Positions 12,182 through 23,920 of a stretch of DNA of 64,000 nucleotides are shown in pieces. A program made the translations under genes and the position numbers. The stretch is from the NCBI RefSeq assembly GCF_006345805.1, contig NC_043024.1, forward strand, positions 1,612,001 through 1,676,000, read 5' to 3'. Position 1 is the first letter of the stretch. Each line of letters opens with the position of its first letter. This DNA comes from Octopus sinensis (taxonomy: Eukaryota). The notes below the pieces were generated by a model. That model was given only the letters and a program-made list of their open reading frames with translations. It had not been told where the DNA came from and did no database searches.

Positions 12182-12315
12182 TTAGGCTGTTTCCTCCGTC
12201 ACAGAAGTTCTTTATTTTCTCAAGTGCTGTAAAAATGTCAAGGTTGTCAAGTGTGGTTGTAACGTACACACCTGACGGAATTGAACTTACAGGTAGTGCA
12301 GTTTTCTCAGAGATC
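12182..12315 (-). CDS. SOUL-domain gene coding exon 2 (ISEKTALP...NFCDGGNSL)
   Basis: Acceptor ttttcctttcag|G, donor A|gtaaga. 134 nt, phase 2 to 1, open only in this frame. Confidence 0.9.
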
Positions 12316-15022
12316 CTGAAAGGAAAATTTAGGAAATATGATTAAAGCTATTCCACAATAGAAAAAATTAACTTTGCAAGATTTTTATTTGTAAACAAAA
12401 AAATGTTATTACAATGACTGACAAACAGCAAGATAGATCAAAGCTTCTTTGTTCTTGGATTAGGTAAGATGGCAGTCGCTGTCATGGTTGTGGTGTTATG
12501 GGCTATGATGGGGCTATGTGGTGTTGGTGGAGGGGATTGCAGATGAGGTGGACGGAAGTAAGGACTGCAGGGGCCGGTGACACAGGCAGAGGGCATGCGT
12601 GGGCAGGAAGCACGTGTGGTCAGTTCGAGCAGAGACGGCAGTGAGACAAGATGTGTTTAATTCGTGAGAGTGACCGCTGATTTCGCAGAGGTCAACAGGT
12701 CAAGCCCTTTGTATTTCTTTCTCCCATTTGCTTCTTTTTCCTCCATCACACTACAATTGTATTTGTTGATCGTTGTGTCTTGCAGACACTGTAAATCCAC
12801 GGTTTTTGTATTGTTGCTGCACCCTGGCCAGCTGCTGGTTTTGCTACCGTCTGCTGACTCTTGTCTTCTGTGGTCAGTCTGATGTCTGCCATCTGCTGTC
12901 AGTAGTGGCTAAAATGTGGTGGTCTTGCTCAGAAAGTACACCAAAGCTGGAAGTGTCAGATCTGGTTCCATATGAAGTGTTGGATGGTCAGATTTTTGTA
13001 GCCATTGGTGATATTCTAGTGAATCCCAATCGTATTCTTGAATTGTTTTTAGGCTTCAAATACCTATTTCTTCACTACCCACAAGGGGCTAAGCACAGAG
13101 GGGACAAACAAGGACAGGCAAACGGATTAAGTCAATACATCGACCTCAGTGCATAACTGGTACTTAATATATCGACCCCGAAAGGATGAACGGCAAGGTC
13201 AATCTCAGTGGAATTTGAACTCAGAACATAACGGCAGACGAAATACCTATTTCTTTACTACCCACAAGGGGCTAAACATAGAGGGGACAAACAAGGACAG
13301 ACAAACAGATTAAGTCGATTACATTGACCCCAGTGTGTAACTGGTACCTATTTAATCTACCCCGAAAGGATGAAGTCGATCTCACCGGAATTTGAACTCA
13401 GAACATAACGGCAGACGAAATACGGCTACGCGTTTCACCCGGCGTGCTAACGATTCTACCAGCTTGCCGCTTCAAATATAGGCTTCAAATATAGCGATCC
13501 TGGTTCAATTGCTAAACATTTCTGCAACGGACTCTTGGGATCAGTCCCAGTGTACAGCATCTTGAGAAACTAACCTTTACCAGAGCCCCTGACTGACCAG
13601 AGTAGTAGTGGTAGGATGGAGACATGTGCCATGACAGAGTGTTGCTGAATCCACCATTTGCTGGGGATTCTGTACTACTCCAGGCAGATGATGTCTTTGT
13701 AGCAGTCAGGGGACAACACCTCCAGGTCATGGGGCTGTTTTTATCTCTTTAGCCAAACCAAAATAAAACGAAGGGTGGGGTGGGGGTGAAAGCTGATGGT
13801 GACAATAGTCCTTGGAGGAGGGGGAGGGGGTTAAGAGAAAATATAATAAAACACATCGTTATGTTTTATATTAATTATATTGTAACTTAGCATGTATGTT
13901 ATCTAAATCCTAATTACGTAATTAAACCACAGTCTACTGCCCAGTTCGTTATCATATCTTTAACTTAACAAAATGATTTTTTCATTAATTATATTTTTAC
14001 TTATTGTGTGTGTTATCTAAATCCTAATTATGCAATTAAACTGTAGTGCATTGCTTAGCTCGTTATCATATCTTTAACTTAATGAAGCAATATGCAGATA
14101 AGTTTGTGCAGTAATGTAACAATAAAAAAAAATAATAAAATCAAGAAAATATGAAAACTATGGAGTTTTCACACGTTCTACTAGAAGTGGGGGGGTGTTA
14201 AGCAACAAGAGGGGGTAAGGGTGATTATATGATGGTCTAGGGCTTAGGGGCGGGAGACCCCAGACCTTGGAAAAAAAAGACTTTGGTCGTCTTGTAGTCG
14301 AGGGCTCTTCGTTGACGCCTGACACCACAGGGAGGTGGCCCTCGAAGTTGCTGGAAATAGAGATCCCCAGGTCCAAATTCTTGGACGGCTAGAAGAGGGA
14401 GGTGGTAGCAGGGGGGATGTGTTGATTGGTGGTGGCAGTAGCAGCATTAGCAGTAGTAATAACAGTAGTAGTAGTAATAGTAGTAGTAGTAATAGTAGTA
14501 GTAAATGAGGTGGTGGTGGTGGTGGTCTGAAGATTGCTCAGTACTTTGAACTCCGCCTTCTTCTTAGGAGTCAGGAGTTCTTTCCAACCTTACTTCTCAA
14601 TAGACTTGGCAGGATCTGTAGAAAAAGGGTCAGTGGAACTGTTCCTCCGCTAAGCCTAACTTTAAACCTTGGGCTAAACCATAAGAAAAAAAACGAAAAG
14701 TGATAAATAAAAATAAGGATCAGAAGCTAAGTGAAATCCCCATCTTCCCACAAACAGGCCCATCCTTTACAGGTGCCACATAAATGGCACTCGTGCCAGA
14801 GCTGTGTGAACGCATCTGTGCTGGTGTCCCACAGAAAGCACCCAGCACACTCTGTTAGGAAGGGCACCCAGTTGTAGAAACCGTGCCACGACAGACAGTT
14901 GGAATCTGGACATCTGCCCGGCTGACCAGTTCCTGTGAAACTGTCCGACCCACGTCAGCGTGGAAAATGGACATTAAACAATGATGAGGATGATGATGAT
15001 GATGAAAAGAGATACAACTTAC

Positions 15023-15072
15023 CCAAGGAAAAGGGCCAGAGACAATAGGAAGCAAATTGATAGAATCTTCAT
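15023..15072 (-). CDS. SOUL-domain gene, coding exon 1 (exon 2 of transcript): signal peptide MKILSICFLLSLALFL(G)
   Basis: Acceptor ttttctaatttcag at 15092, so the exon starts at 15091. ATG at 15072-15070, then a basic residue and a hydrophobic core. Donor GG|gtaagt at 15022, phase 2. Confidence 0.9.
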
Positions 15073-15518
15073 TGTGGATTGTTCAGAAAAACTGAAATTA
15101 GAAAATATATAAAATGTGTAAAAACATATAAAAATGCAGGCAGGGGTAGGGGGGGGGGGCAGGGGGGGTTAAGAAGTTTCCTTCTCAGTTACAAGGATTT
15201 GGTTTCAATCCCCATGGCAACCTGGATAAGCGTCTTCTACTATTGCCTCTGGTTGACCAAATCGTTGGGACTCGATTTGGCAGACAGAATCCGAAACAAG
15301 CTTGTTGCCTATTATATTTATATACATACATATATATACGGAGTGGTTGGCGTTAGGAAGGGCATCCAGCTGTAGAAACTTTGCCAGATAAGACCGGAGC
15401 CTGGTGCAGCCTTCTGGCTTCCCAGATCCCCGGTCGAACCGTCCAACCCATGCCAGCATGGAGAACGGACGTTAAACGATGATGATGATATATATACATA
15501 TATATATAACCTCTACTG

Positions 15519-15555
<37 letters not shown>

Positions 15556-16138
15556 TATATATAACCTCTACTGTTACATACATACATACATACATACATA
15601 TATTTTTCCATACAAAATTTAAAGGACTGACCACTAAAAGTGGATGGTCAACGTGCTAGATATAGATGTCAAAATCGCTATTTTCCACAAAGAATATGCT
15701 CTCAAATAATGCTTTAATGTTTTAATGCTTTGGTTTGTGCTGAGTTTTTTTTTTATTTGAGAACACATTCTTTGTGGAAAATAGCGATTTTGACATCTAT
15801 ATCTAGCATGTTGACCGTCCACTTTTAGTGGTCAGTCCTTTAAATTTTGTATGTAAGAATATTTTAATCTTTGGATATTTTTAATATGCTAGACCACTGG
15901 TTTTAATTGATTAATATCAATTTCTACCCTTATTATATATATATATATATACATACAAAATTAGAAAATGGAGAAACATACTTAAATCAATCAAACATCA
16001 ACCATCAGATAATATCCAATCAATACTTTATTACACCATTACATAACAGCAAAGACATTATACATAATATATTGTAAATATAATTAGACAAGGAAATAGA
16101 AATATAAAATATAAAATATAATATGTAATTATATCATA

Positions 16139-16248
16139 TCTGACAGCTGTTTCGGCAATAAGGGCAAGCATGCCTCATTTAACCTATAAGCCATATAAGG
16201 CAGGTATAAATGAGACATTAACAAGGATGCCCCACGGCCTCTTCAGAG
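16139..16248 (-). ncRNA. Type I minimal hammerhead ribozyme motif with extended stem II (Penelope-like-element type)
   Basis: Minus strand: UCU-CUGAAGA-GGC[about 80-nt hairpin]GCC-GAAA-C-AGCU-GUC-AGA. All core nucleotides are present, with a G10.1-C11.1 pair, 3-bp stem I, short stem III with a palindromic AGCU loop, and a GUC cleavage triplet (C at 16142). Confidence 0.75.
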
Positions 16249-16528
16249 AATTTAATAAATTGTAATTGTGAAAAATTATTTTTTCCATATACATATAAAT
16301 ATAAAAATGTAAAATATAAAAATATAATATATGAAAAGAATGGAGTCTCTTCGTTCGACTCCATTCTTTTCATTTATTCATATACAAAAACACACCAAAT
16401 TTCCACACACGAACACGGGGTTCGGCCCTTGGCATGTAGCTTCAACCGTGTTTTACTGACGTGAATTTGCTACCCAGGTATCGATTAACCGAATCATCCA
16501 TACTAGGATAATTCATTCATCTACTTAA

Positions 16529-16560
<32 letters not shown>

Positions 16561-16672
16561 TATATGTTAATAAAATAGAACATATGCATATATATAAACA
16601 TATATGTACGTACCTACCTCTACATGTACATATACATGCATATATGTGTACAGGACACCAAAAAGACGTCGA

Positions 16673-16727
<55 letters not shown>

Positions 16728-17424
16728 ATATATTATATATTGCGATGAAACAATGTGACGCATTCAAGTTATTACTTGACCTGCTAAAAATAGAAGCAAA
16801 ATTCCCACCAACCACATCTTGTCATCTGAAAGGGAAAATAATGAAGGACACTTTGAATAATGTACTCTTAGATATATTGTGGGAAAATAGATTCAGGATG
16901 GGCGTGGGTGGACTGTTTTTGATAACAGGCTAAGCAACAACAACAACAACTATAAGACCTCACACAGGGCAATGATGGAGCCTCTAACAGGTCAGTTAAC
17001 CTGCTAGAAATAACAGGTCAAGTCCATCAAACCTTCATCATTGTAAAGGTAAAAGTCGAATGCTTTACATAATATAGTCCTAGATACTCCTTAACAGAGG
17101 GGTGGTCATGGATGGAATGCTTTTGTTCCGAGCGTCTATAATTCTGCCATTGTCTTTTCTTTCATCTTTTGCTCGTTTCAGTCATTGGACTGTGGCCATG
17201 CTGGGGCACTACCTTCTTTTCAAGCCTGCTACTTATTTCATTGGTCTCTTTCGATTGTTTCTGTTCTGAGTTCAAATTTTGCTGGGGTTAATTTGGTCTT
17301 TCATCCTTTAGGGGTCAGTAAAACAGGAACCGGTTTAGTATTGGAATCAATTTAATCAACCCCTACCCACAAAATTTCCGAGCTTGTGCCTATAAGAGAA
17401 AGGATTATTATTATTGTTGCCATT

Positions 17425-17800
17425 AAAGTGGCGAGCTGGCAGAAACGTTAGCACGCCAGGTGAAATGCTTTGCGGTATTTCGTCTGCTGTTACGTTCTGA
17501 GTTCAAATTCCACCGAGGTCGACTTTGCTTTCATCCTTTCGGAGTTGATTAAATAAGTACCAGTTACGCACAGGGGTCGATATAATCGATTTAATCCCTC
17601 TGTCTGTCCTTGTTTGTCCCCTCTGTGTTTAGCCCCTTGTGGGTAATAAAGAAATAGGTATTTTGTCTGCCGTTACGTTCTGAGTTCAAATTCCGCCGAG
17701 GTCGACTTTGCCTTTCATCCTTTCAGGGTCGATAAATTAAGTAACAGTTACGCACTGGGGTCGATGTAATCGACACATCCCTCCTCCAAAATTGGTGCCC
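17425..17800 (+). mobile_element. SINE family C with Nin/Deu-like domain, often multimeric. Other copies: about 855-935(-), 8678-9052(-), 13060-13470(-), 21015-21245(+), 22840-22972(-), 43840-44195(-), 45380-45560(-), 48540-48780(-), 49250-50030(-)
   Basis: Head GGCGAGCTGGCAGAAACGTTAGC...GAGTTCAAATTCC. Central GCCTTTCATCCTTTCGGGGTCGATAAATTAAGTACC resembles the Nin domain. Tail AGCCCCTTGTGGG..AAAGAAATA. Confidence 0.88.
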
Positions 17801-18371
17801 TTTTAGCAAAATTGTTATGTGCCAGATCAATGTTTTGTGCCATTTTGTTCATTTCTATGTTCAGAGTTCAAATGCTGCTGAGGTCAGTATCAACAGATTA
17901 AGTACCAGTTATGCACTGATCATTGTGATTAATGAAAGAATCCCATATATATATGGTTGTTTTCTGGGGAGAGTCGTTCTCTTTTAGGGCCTCATAATTT
18001 AACGCACTCACTGGTAAAATTCCCACTTGTTTCCTTTTTCTTTCTAAAATTTTCGTTGCGTCTTGCAACCTTTATACATACATCTATGTATATATACATA
18101 CATATATATAAATACATACATAATCCCTCTCACACACACACCATCACCATTGCTCTCTCTCTCTCTCTGTGTCTCTTTCACTTTTACGTCGACTTCAAAA
18201 GATCCCCATTTCACCCCAACCCACATATATTAAAAAAGACACAAAATTTTTACGGAAAGCGATGACCTTCTTCAGAAACATAAACAAATACCACGTGCAT
18301 TGTTTTTTGACAACTCGAAGTTTAGCCAATCCCATAAAGTGGCCTATTCTAACTCTTATATATATATATTA

Positions 18372-18403
<32 letters not shown>

Positions 18404-18566
18404 GACAGATCCATGTGTTATATATACATACATACATATCTATATCTATATATATATATATATAATATTATATATATATATATACATACACACACACATG
18501 ACAGATCCATGTGTATATACACACACATATATATGACAGATCCACGTATACACACACACACACCAA

Positions 18567-18632
<66 letters not shown>

Positions 18633-19608
18633 ATCTCCATATATCCAGGGATAACCTTTGGTTTCACATCCACAAAGCGCATAGCTTTACGGCTTGAGGC
18701 CTTAAACCAACAGATTTTGGGATCTGATGACACATCATAAAGCCAAGCGCCTGATGGACACATGAAACCCAAAAGGAAATGCCATAGACCGGCCTATTCT
18801 CATTTTGGTATTATATACTTAGAATCTGACTGGAGTCTGGTACAGCCTTCTAGCTTACCACCCTGGTCAAATCGTCCAACCCATGCCAGCATGGACAATG
18901 GACGTTAAATGATGATTTATGTTCTAGAACTTAGATATGGGTGTGTATTTCTTCGCTTGACAACCAGTGCTTGTGTGTTTAAGTCCCCGTAATTTAGCTG
19001 AGAGAATAAGTAGGAGGCTTAAAAAATAAAAAAAAAGTTGTTGGGGCGATTCATTCGACTAAAAACTCTCCAAGGCAGTGGTGCCCCAGCATGGCCACAA
19101 TCCTATGTCTGCGACACGTAAAAGAAAATGAGAGAAAGTCTGTGTTCGAGTCCTTGCGCTTTTGCTCGTCTCCCGGCCACGGTTTGACATCTGGGGTTGC
19201 TGTGTTTACATCTTCATAACTTGGAAGCTTCTGCAAAAGCGACCGCGAAAATAAATCCCAGGCTTTGAAACAAAATCGAACACGGGACAGCCGCAGTCCA
19301 ATGACTGAAACACGAGAAATGATGAAGAATAAAAGAGACACACCATATTTACTCATGGATGAGAACTTCACCCGAATTTCCTGTTAAAACTTCGTACAAA
19401 ATCTTTCCCCCGACTTCCTAGTTTTAGCTTTGTCCCATGAACAAACCCCAGCATTTTTCCAGTCAAAATATATTATGTAATAATGCGGGTTTTACACGAG
19501 TGAAAAAACGGTCCTTGCACTGCGTGGCTTTGATGAGTGATGAGGGTTTAGGAGACAGGAATTGTTGGTTGGTGGTGATGGCCTGAAGAGAAAAATATAT
19601 TCACTTAC

Positions 19609-19670
19609 CAGAGGAAGAGAACAGAAAATCGACAGCCAGTGACTGCTCGACACCAAATTGGAATTTAGAT
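19609..19670 (-). other. Probable non-coding first exon (5' UTR) of the SOUL-domain gene
   Basis: Consensus donor CTG|gtaagt at 19608, with TATATAA about 25-30 nt upstream of the inferred start. The ATG exon has its own acceptor, so an upstream exon is required. The transcription start is inferred. Confidence 0.6.
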
Positions 19671-19690
19671 TAAGTCTCCGGTTTCTCAGC

Positions 19691-19697
19691 TTATATA
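19691..19697 (-). promoter_or_regulatory. TATA box candidate (TATATAA) of the SOUL-domain gene
   Basis: Minus strand reads gtgTATATAAGctg, suitably placed upstream of the putative first exon. Confidence 0.55.
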
Positions 19698-19701
19698 CAC
19701 A

Positions 19702-19734
<33 letters not shown>

Positions 19735-20354
19735 GAGAGAGAGAAAGAGAGTGAATAACGGTGCTGCTACCACTACCAAAATCACCGCCGCCACCACCAC
19801 CGTTAGCATTATCTCTCCTTACATCAACATCACCACCAACCCTACCACAACAACAAAACATTTACATCTATCACAAACTACCACCACCACCACCACCACT
19901 GGCACCGCGCTGCCGCCGCCGCCACTACTGCTGTCACAAACACACCACCACCACCGTCACCGCTTGTACCCCTCTCACTCCCTTTAACCACCACCAACAC
20001 CACCACCACCACAACCAACAGCTCCAAAATACGGCAGTACTTAGACAAACTGTATCTAGATGTGTGTACCCGTATGTACTTGTGTGTGTGCGTGTGTGTA
20101 TACATGTATAGACATATCTGTGTGTGTTTCTATAGCTAAGAGTTTTTGCGTCTGGGTATATACCGAAGATTCTTTTGGGTTAATGTGTCTGTGAGCGTGT
20201 GTGTGTGTGCGTGTGCGGTGGTTGGGGTGGGGGTTACATCCGGGAGCAAGGTGGTCTTTTATACCCCAATAACAAAACAGGATATTTACGTGCTTGTTTT
20301 GTTTCGATGTTTCAAAATAGAAACAGGATTGTTGTTAGCACACACACACATATT

Positions 20355-20405
<51 letters not shown>

Positions 20406-20429
20406 ACACACACACACCACACACACACA

Positions 20430-21010
20430 TATCATCATCATCATCATTTAACGTCCGTTTTTCCATGCTAGCATGGGTTGGACGGTTCAACTGAGGTCTG
20501 GGAAGCCAGGAGGCTGTACTAGGCTCCAGTCTTATCTGGCAGAGTTTCTACAGCTGGATGCCCTTCCTGACGCCAACCACTCCGTGAGTGTAGTGGGTGC
20601 TTTTTATGTGCCACCGGCACAGGGACCAGAGGGGGCTGGCAAACGGCCTCGATCGGTTGGTGCTTTTTACGTGCCACCGGCACAGGTATCACAACTACAA
20701 TTTCCATTTGATTGTTATTTTGATGTTGATTGCCCTACGATCCAAGGTTAGCACAGCAGGCCGTCCTGCGAGCCATGAACTCACTTCATTTGTCAGGTCT
20801 TCGCAGTCACAGCATATCTCAGAAGTCTCGGTCTTTTGTCATTTCCTCTGTGAGGGCCAACGTGCCACCAGCACGGGTATCACATCTACAATATCCATTT
20901 CATTTTTATTTTGATCTTGATGTACTTGACTCAATAGGTCTCTTCAAGCACAGCAGGTCACCTTATGATCCAAAGGTTAGCACAGTTCATGGCTTACAGG
21001 ACAGCTTGCT
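20430..21010 (-). mobile_element. (GAT)n-tailed retroposon family A (RTE-like 3' end). Other copies: about 301-404(-), 14760-15005(+), 15338-15490(+), 18820-18917(+), 23900-24248(+), 33727-33970(-), 35275-35447(+), 37222-37600(-), 38075-38252(+), 46695-47015(-), 47135-47400(-)
   Basis: Conserved GGAGTGGTTGGCGTTAGGAAGGGCATCCAGCTGTAGAAAC...CCATGCTAGCATGGAAA.CGGACGTTAAACGATGATGAT, with a variable internal GTGCCGGTGGCACGTAAAAAGCACC repeat. Confidence 0.88.
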
Positions 21011-21261
21011 TTGCTAAGGCGGCGAGCTGGCAGACACGTTAGCGCGCCGGGCGAAATGCTTAGCGGTATTTCGTCTGTCGTTACATTCTGAGTTCAAATT
21101 CCGCCGAGGTCAACTTTGCCTTTCATCCTTCCGGGGTCGATAAATAAAGTACCAGTTAGGCACTGGGGTCGATATAATTGACTTAATCCCTTCGTCTGTC
21201 CTTGTTTGTCCCCTCTGTGTTTAGCCCCTTGTGGGCAGTAAAGAAATATATATATATATAT

Positions 21262-21700
21262 ATACACATCCACTATTACTTAAAACCCAGAAAAGCCATT
21301 ACTGCAGAAACATATTGTCATGTAATTGCCAAAATGGTTGGAAAACTGCTATTCTTCCTTCCCAAACTAGTCAAGAGAAGATGGCCATTCATTCTTCACT
21401 CGACCACACGTTTCACTAATGACACTCCAGAATTTGAGGGAACTTGGCTACAAAGTTCTTCCCCTGCCAGCTTATTCTGCAGACCTTTCTCCTACTGATT
21501 ACCACTTTGTCAGGCACTTTGATGGTTTCCTGCGAGAGAAGGAGGTCAAAAAATCAAACCGATGCTGAAAGTGCTTTGAAAGAGTTCATCAGATCCAGAA
21601 TTCCAGATTTTTATGTCACCGGAATAAACCAAACTCGTAACTCGTTGGCAAAAATATGGTGAGTGTAATGGTGCTTTCTTTTAATGAATAAAATTTCCGT
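21262..21700 (+). mobile_element. Mariner transposase remnant (C-terminal DDD region)
   Basis: Frameshifted translation YLKPRKAITAETYC...LRELGYKVLPLPAYSADLSPTDYHF...FDGFL...YVTGIN..L..RWQK matches the mariner YSPDL(A/S)PxDYHLF motif. Confidence 0.9.
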
Positions 21701-21775
21701 ATTGTTGAAATATATTGTGATGAATTTCATGTCTCAAAATGTTGCTTACTTTTTACTCAGCTTGACATGTGTATT

Positions 21776-21818
<43 letters not shown>

Positions 21819-22208
21819 GTGTGTATGCATGTGTGTGTGTATATATGTATGTATGTGCGTGTGTGTGTATATATATATATGTATGTATGTGTGTATATAT
21901 ATATGTATGTGTGTGTGTGTCTGTGACTTTATGTATGCATAAGTATAAACCAATATAAATATATCAACACACACACACACACACACACTGTATGACAGAG
22001 CTATGTTTTCACCTGGTCAGGTGTGGCATTTATAATATACAAGATTGAAAAGATTTGATCAGCTGACATTTTTATGCAATTGGTAAACAAATTCTCTCTC
22101 AGGGAGTGTTCTAAAATTCTATGCAACGTAATAAATTAAGTAGACAATTCCAGTAATATTGTGCCAACGAAAATCTTTTGAAAATAAAAGTGATACTGCA
22201 TCGAAATA

Positions 22209-22254
<46 letters not shown>

Positions 22255-22260
<6 letters not shown>

Positions 22261-22808
22261 GCCTTGATGCAGTACCAGGCAGTGGCTCTCATGGCTTCTG
22301 ATCTTAACTGATTGGAAGTGTTATCATGTACATTGTTTTGTCTTGGTATAAAAGATGGGCTACAGCAAATATTCTGCTCAATACCACAGATTTGCTTGTC
22401 AGTTGTTTGACCTTAACCAGTTGAGCATGTCCCTTCGTGGCTGACGATATGTGCATCTCTGATCATGAGCAGAAGTAGTGGGGGAGCATCATAGCCACGT
22501 GTTGAGAGGGATTCTTTGGGTTTCAATAATTCACCTTTGGCAACATGGGTGTTTTGTTCAACATCCTTAAAACAAATCTTATTCAGGGACCTTTTGAGTG
22601 GGGTAGGCTACTCGACCAGAAGAAAATTCTAACTGGGCCCCACCTGCAAGGTCATGTGCTGTTTATCTTCACCATGTGATGCACATATGGTTGTGATGCG
22701 TATGCCTGGTATACCCTTATCACACAGGCAGTCATGATGGGTATACTGGGCTTCATATATTTGTACCCCAGTGTCACTTTGATGGCATACACTGCTCTCT
22801 CACTCAAT
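22255..22808 (-). mobile_element. LINE-derived repeat with (TAT)n tail (R4/Dong-like); second copy at about 48785-49240
   Basis: Two diverged copies within the window, both next to (AAT)n tracts. The family assignment is from memory and tentative. Confidence 0.55.
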
Positions 22809-22971
22809 AATAATAATAATAATAATAATAACAATAATAATCCTTTCTACTATAGGCACAAGGCCTTACATTTGTGAGGAGGAGACCAGTCAGTTACATT
22901 GACCTTAGTGTTTCACTGGTACTTAATTTATTGACCCCAAAAGGATGAAAGGTAAAGTCAACTTCGGTGGA

Positions 22972-23567
22972 ACCAATCTAGTGTTCACTGATGAAAAGAA
23001 ATCTGACATTGATCAGACAGTGAACCACCAGGATGGTTGACTTTAGGGTGTATTTGGCTCCATCAAGGGTAGACTCATAAATCAACATAAAAATCCACAG
23101 CTATGGTTTGGGTAGCTGTGACAGTCACCGGAAGGTCTCCCTTCGTTCTTGGGTAAATGACCACTTTCAAGGCACTCACTAAAGCCTCCAGCAGGACTCG
23201 GCACCATCCCACAGCTCCAAACAAACACATTGGATCCAGAAAAACATTCCATCGTTCATAGGCAAGGATGTATGGCCCTGAAGAAGACCCAATATCAACC
23301 CGTTGGATTTTTCTCTTTGGTCCACTTTGGAGATGAAGGTCTTGAGCACTTCTCATGCTTTGCTTGATGCTCGGAAGGCAAAACTGAATAGCTGTGATTA
23401 AAGGTGTGATTTGAAACACAGGTGGTTGTCATATTGAATAAATGTGGTTGTGTCATAATTGGGTTTCCTTTAGCATTGCATTGCAACACTCAGATCCCAA
23501 AATATAACAATATTTTGCTCTAGAAAAATTGAAAAAGTTGGTTGCCTTAATTTTGGGACACCCTGTA
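22972..23567 (+). mobile_element. Tc1/mariner-superfamily (maT/DD37D-like) transposase remnant with 3' TIR
   Basis: VFTDEK, MVWVAVT, QQDSAPSH and WP*RRPNINPLDFSLW motifs with stops and a deletion. Ends GTTGCCTTAATTTTGGGACACCCTGTA. Confidence 0.85.
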
Positions 23568-23615
<48 letters not shown>

Positions 23616-23672
23616 ATTATATATATATATATATATATTATATAATATATATATATATATATATTTATATTA

Positions 23673-23706
<34 letters not shown>

Positions 23707-23920
23707 ATATATATATAAAACATATATATATATATATAAGAAAAAAGTGGAAATTTTACTGGTGAGTGTATTACATAATAAGGCACAAAAAGAGAATGAC
23801 TCTCCCAGACACAACAGTATATATATATATAGTAAGTATATGTATATGTATAATATATATATATCAAATCAAATCAAAACAAATCAAAATAGATGAACAT
23901 CAATGGAATTTGTATCCTTG

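Larger units (their letters stand above)
4794..19670 (-). other. Complete multi-exon gene: secreted protein (370 aa) with two tandem SOUL heme-binding-like (HEBP2-like) domains
   Basis: Nine coding exons (50+134+143+188+89+168+143+142+56 = 1113 nt) join in frame with GT-AG sites. Product: [374 protein letters not shown]-like motifs recognised by eye: YFRGQN..L.I.RTIPV and MQFYV...PPCPTNP in domain 2; FCDGGN, YVFSMP..LPIPND and RTV....FSG in domain 1. Confidence 0.85.

Noticed and set aside
11517-12185. 222-aa plus-strand ORF
   Set aside because: It starts in a microsatellite, runs antisense across a real exon, and ends in a SINE head and GA-rich repeat; no protein-like features.
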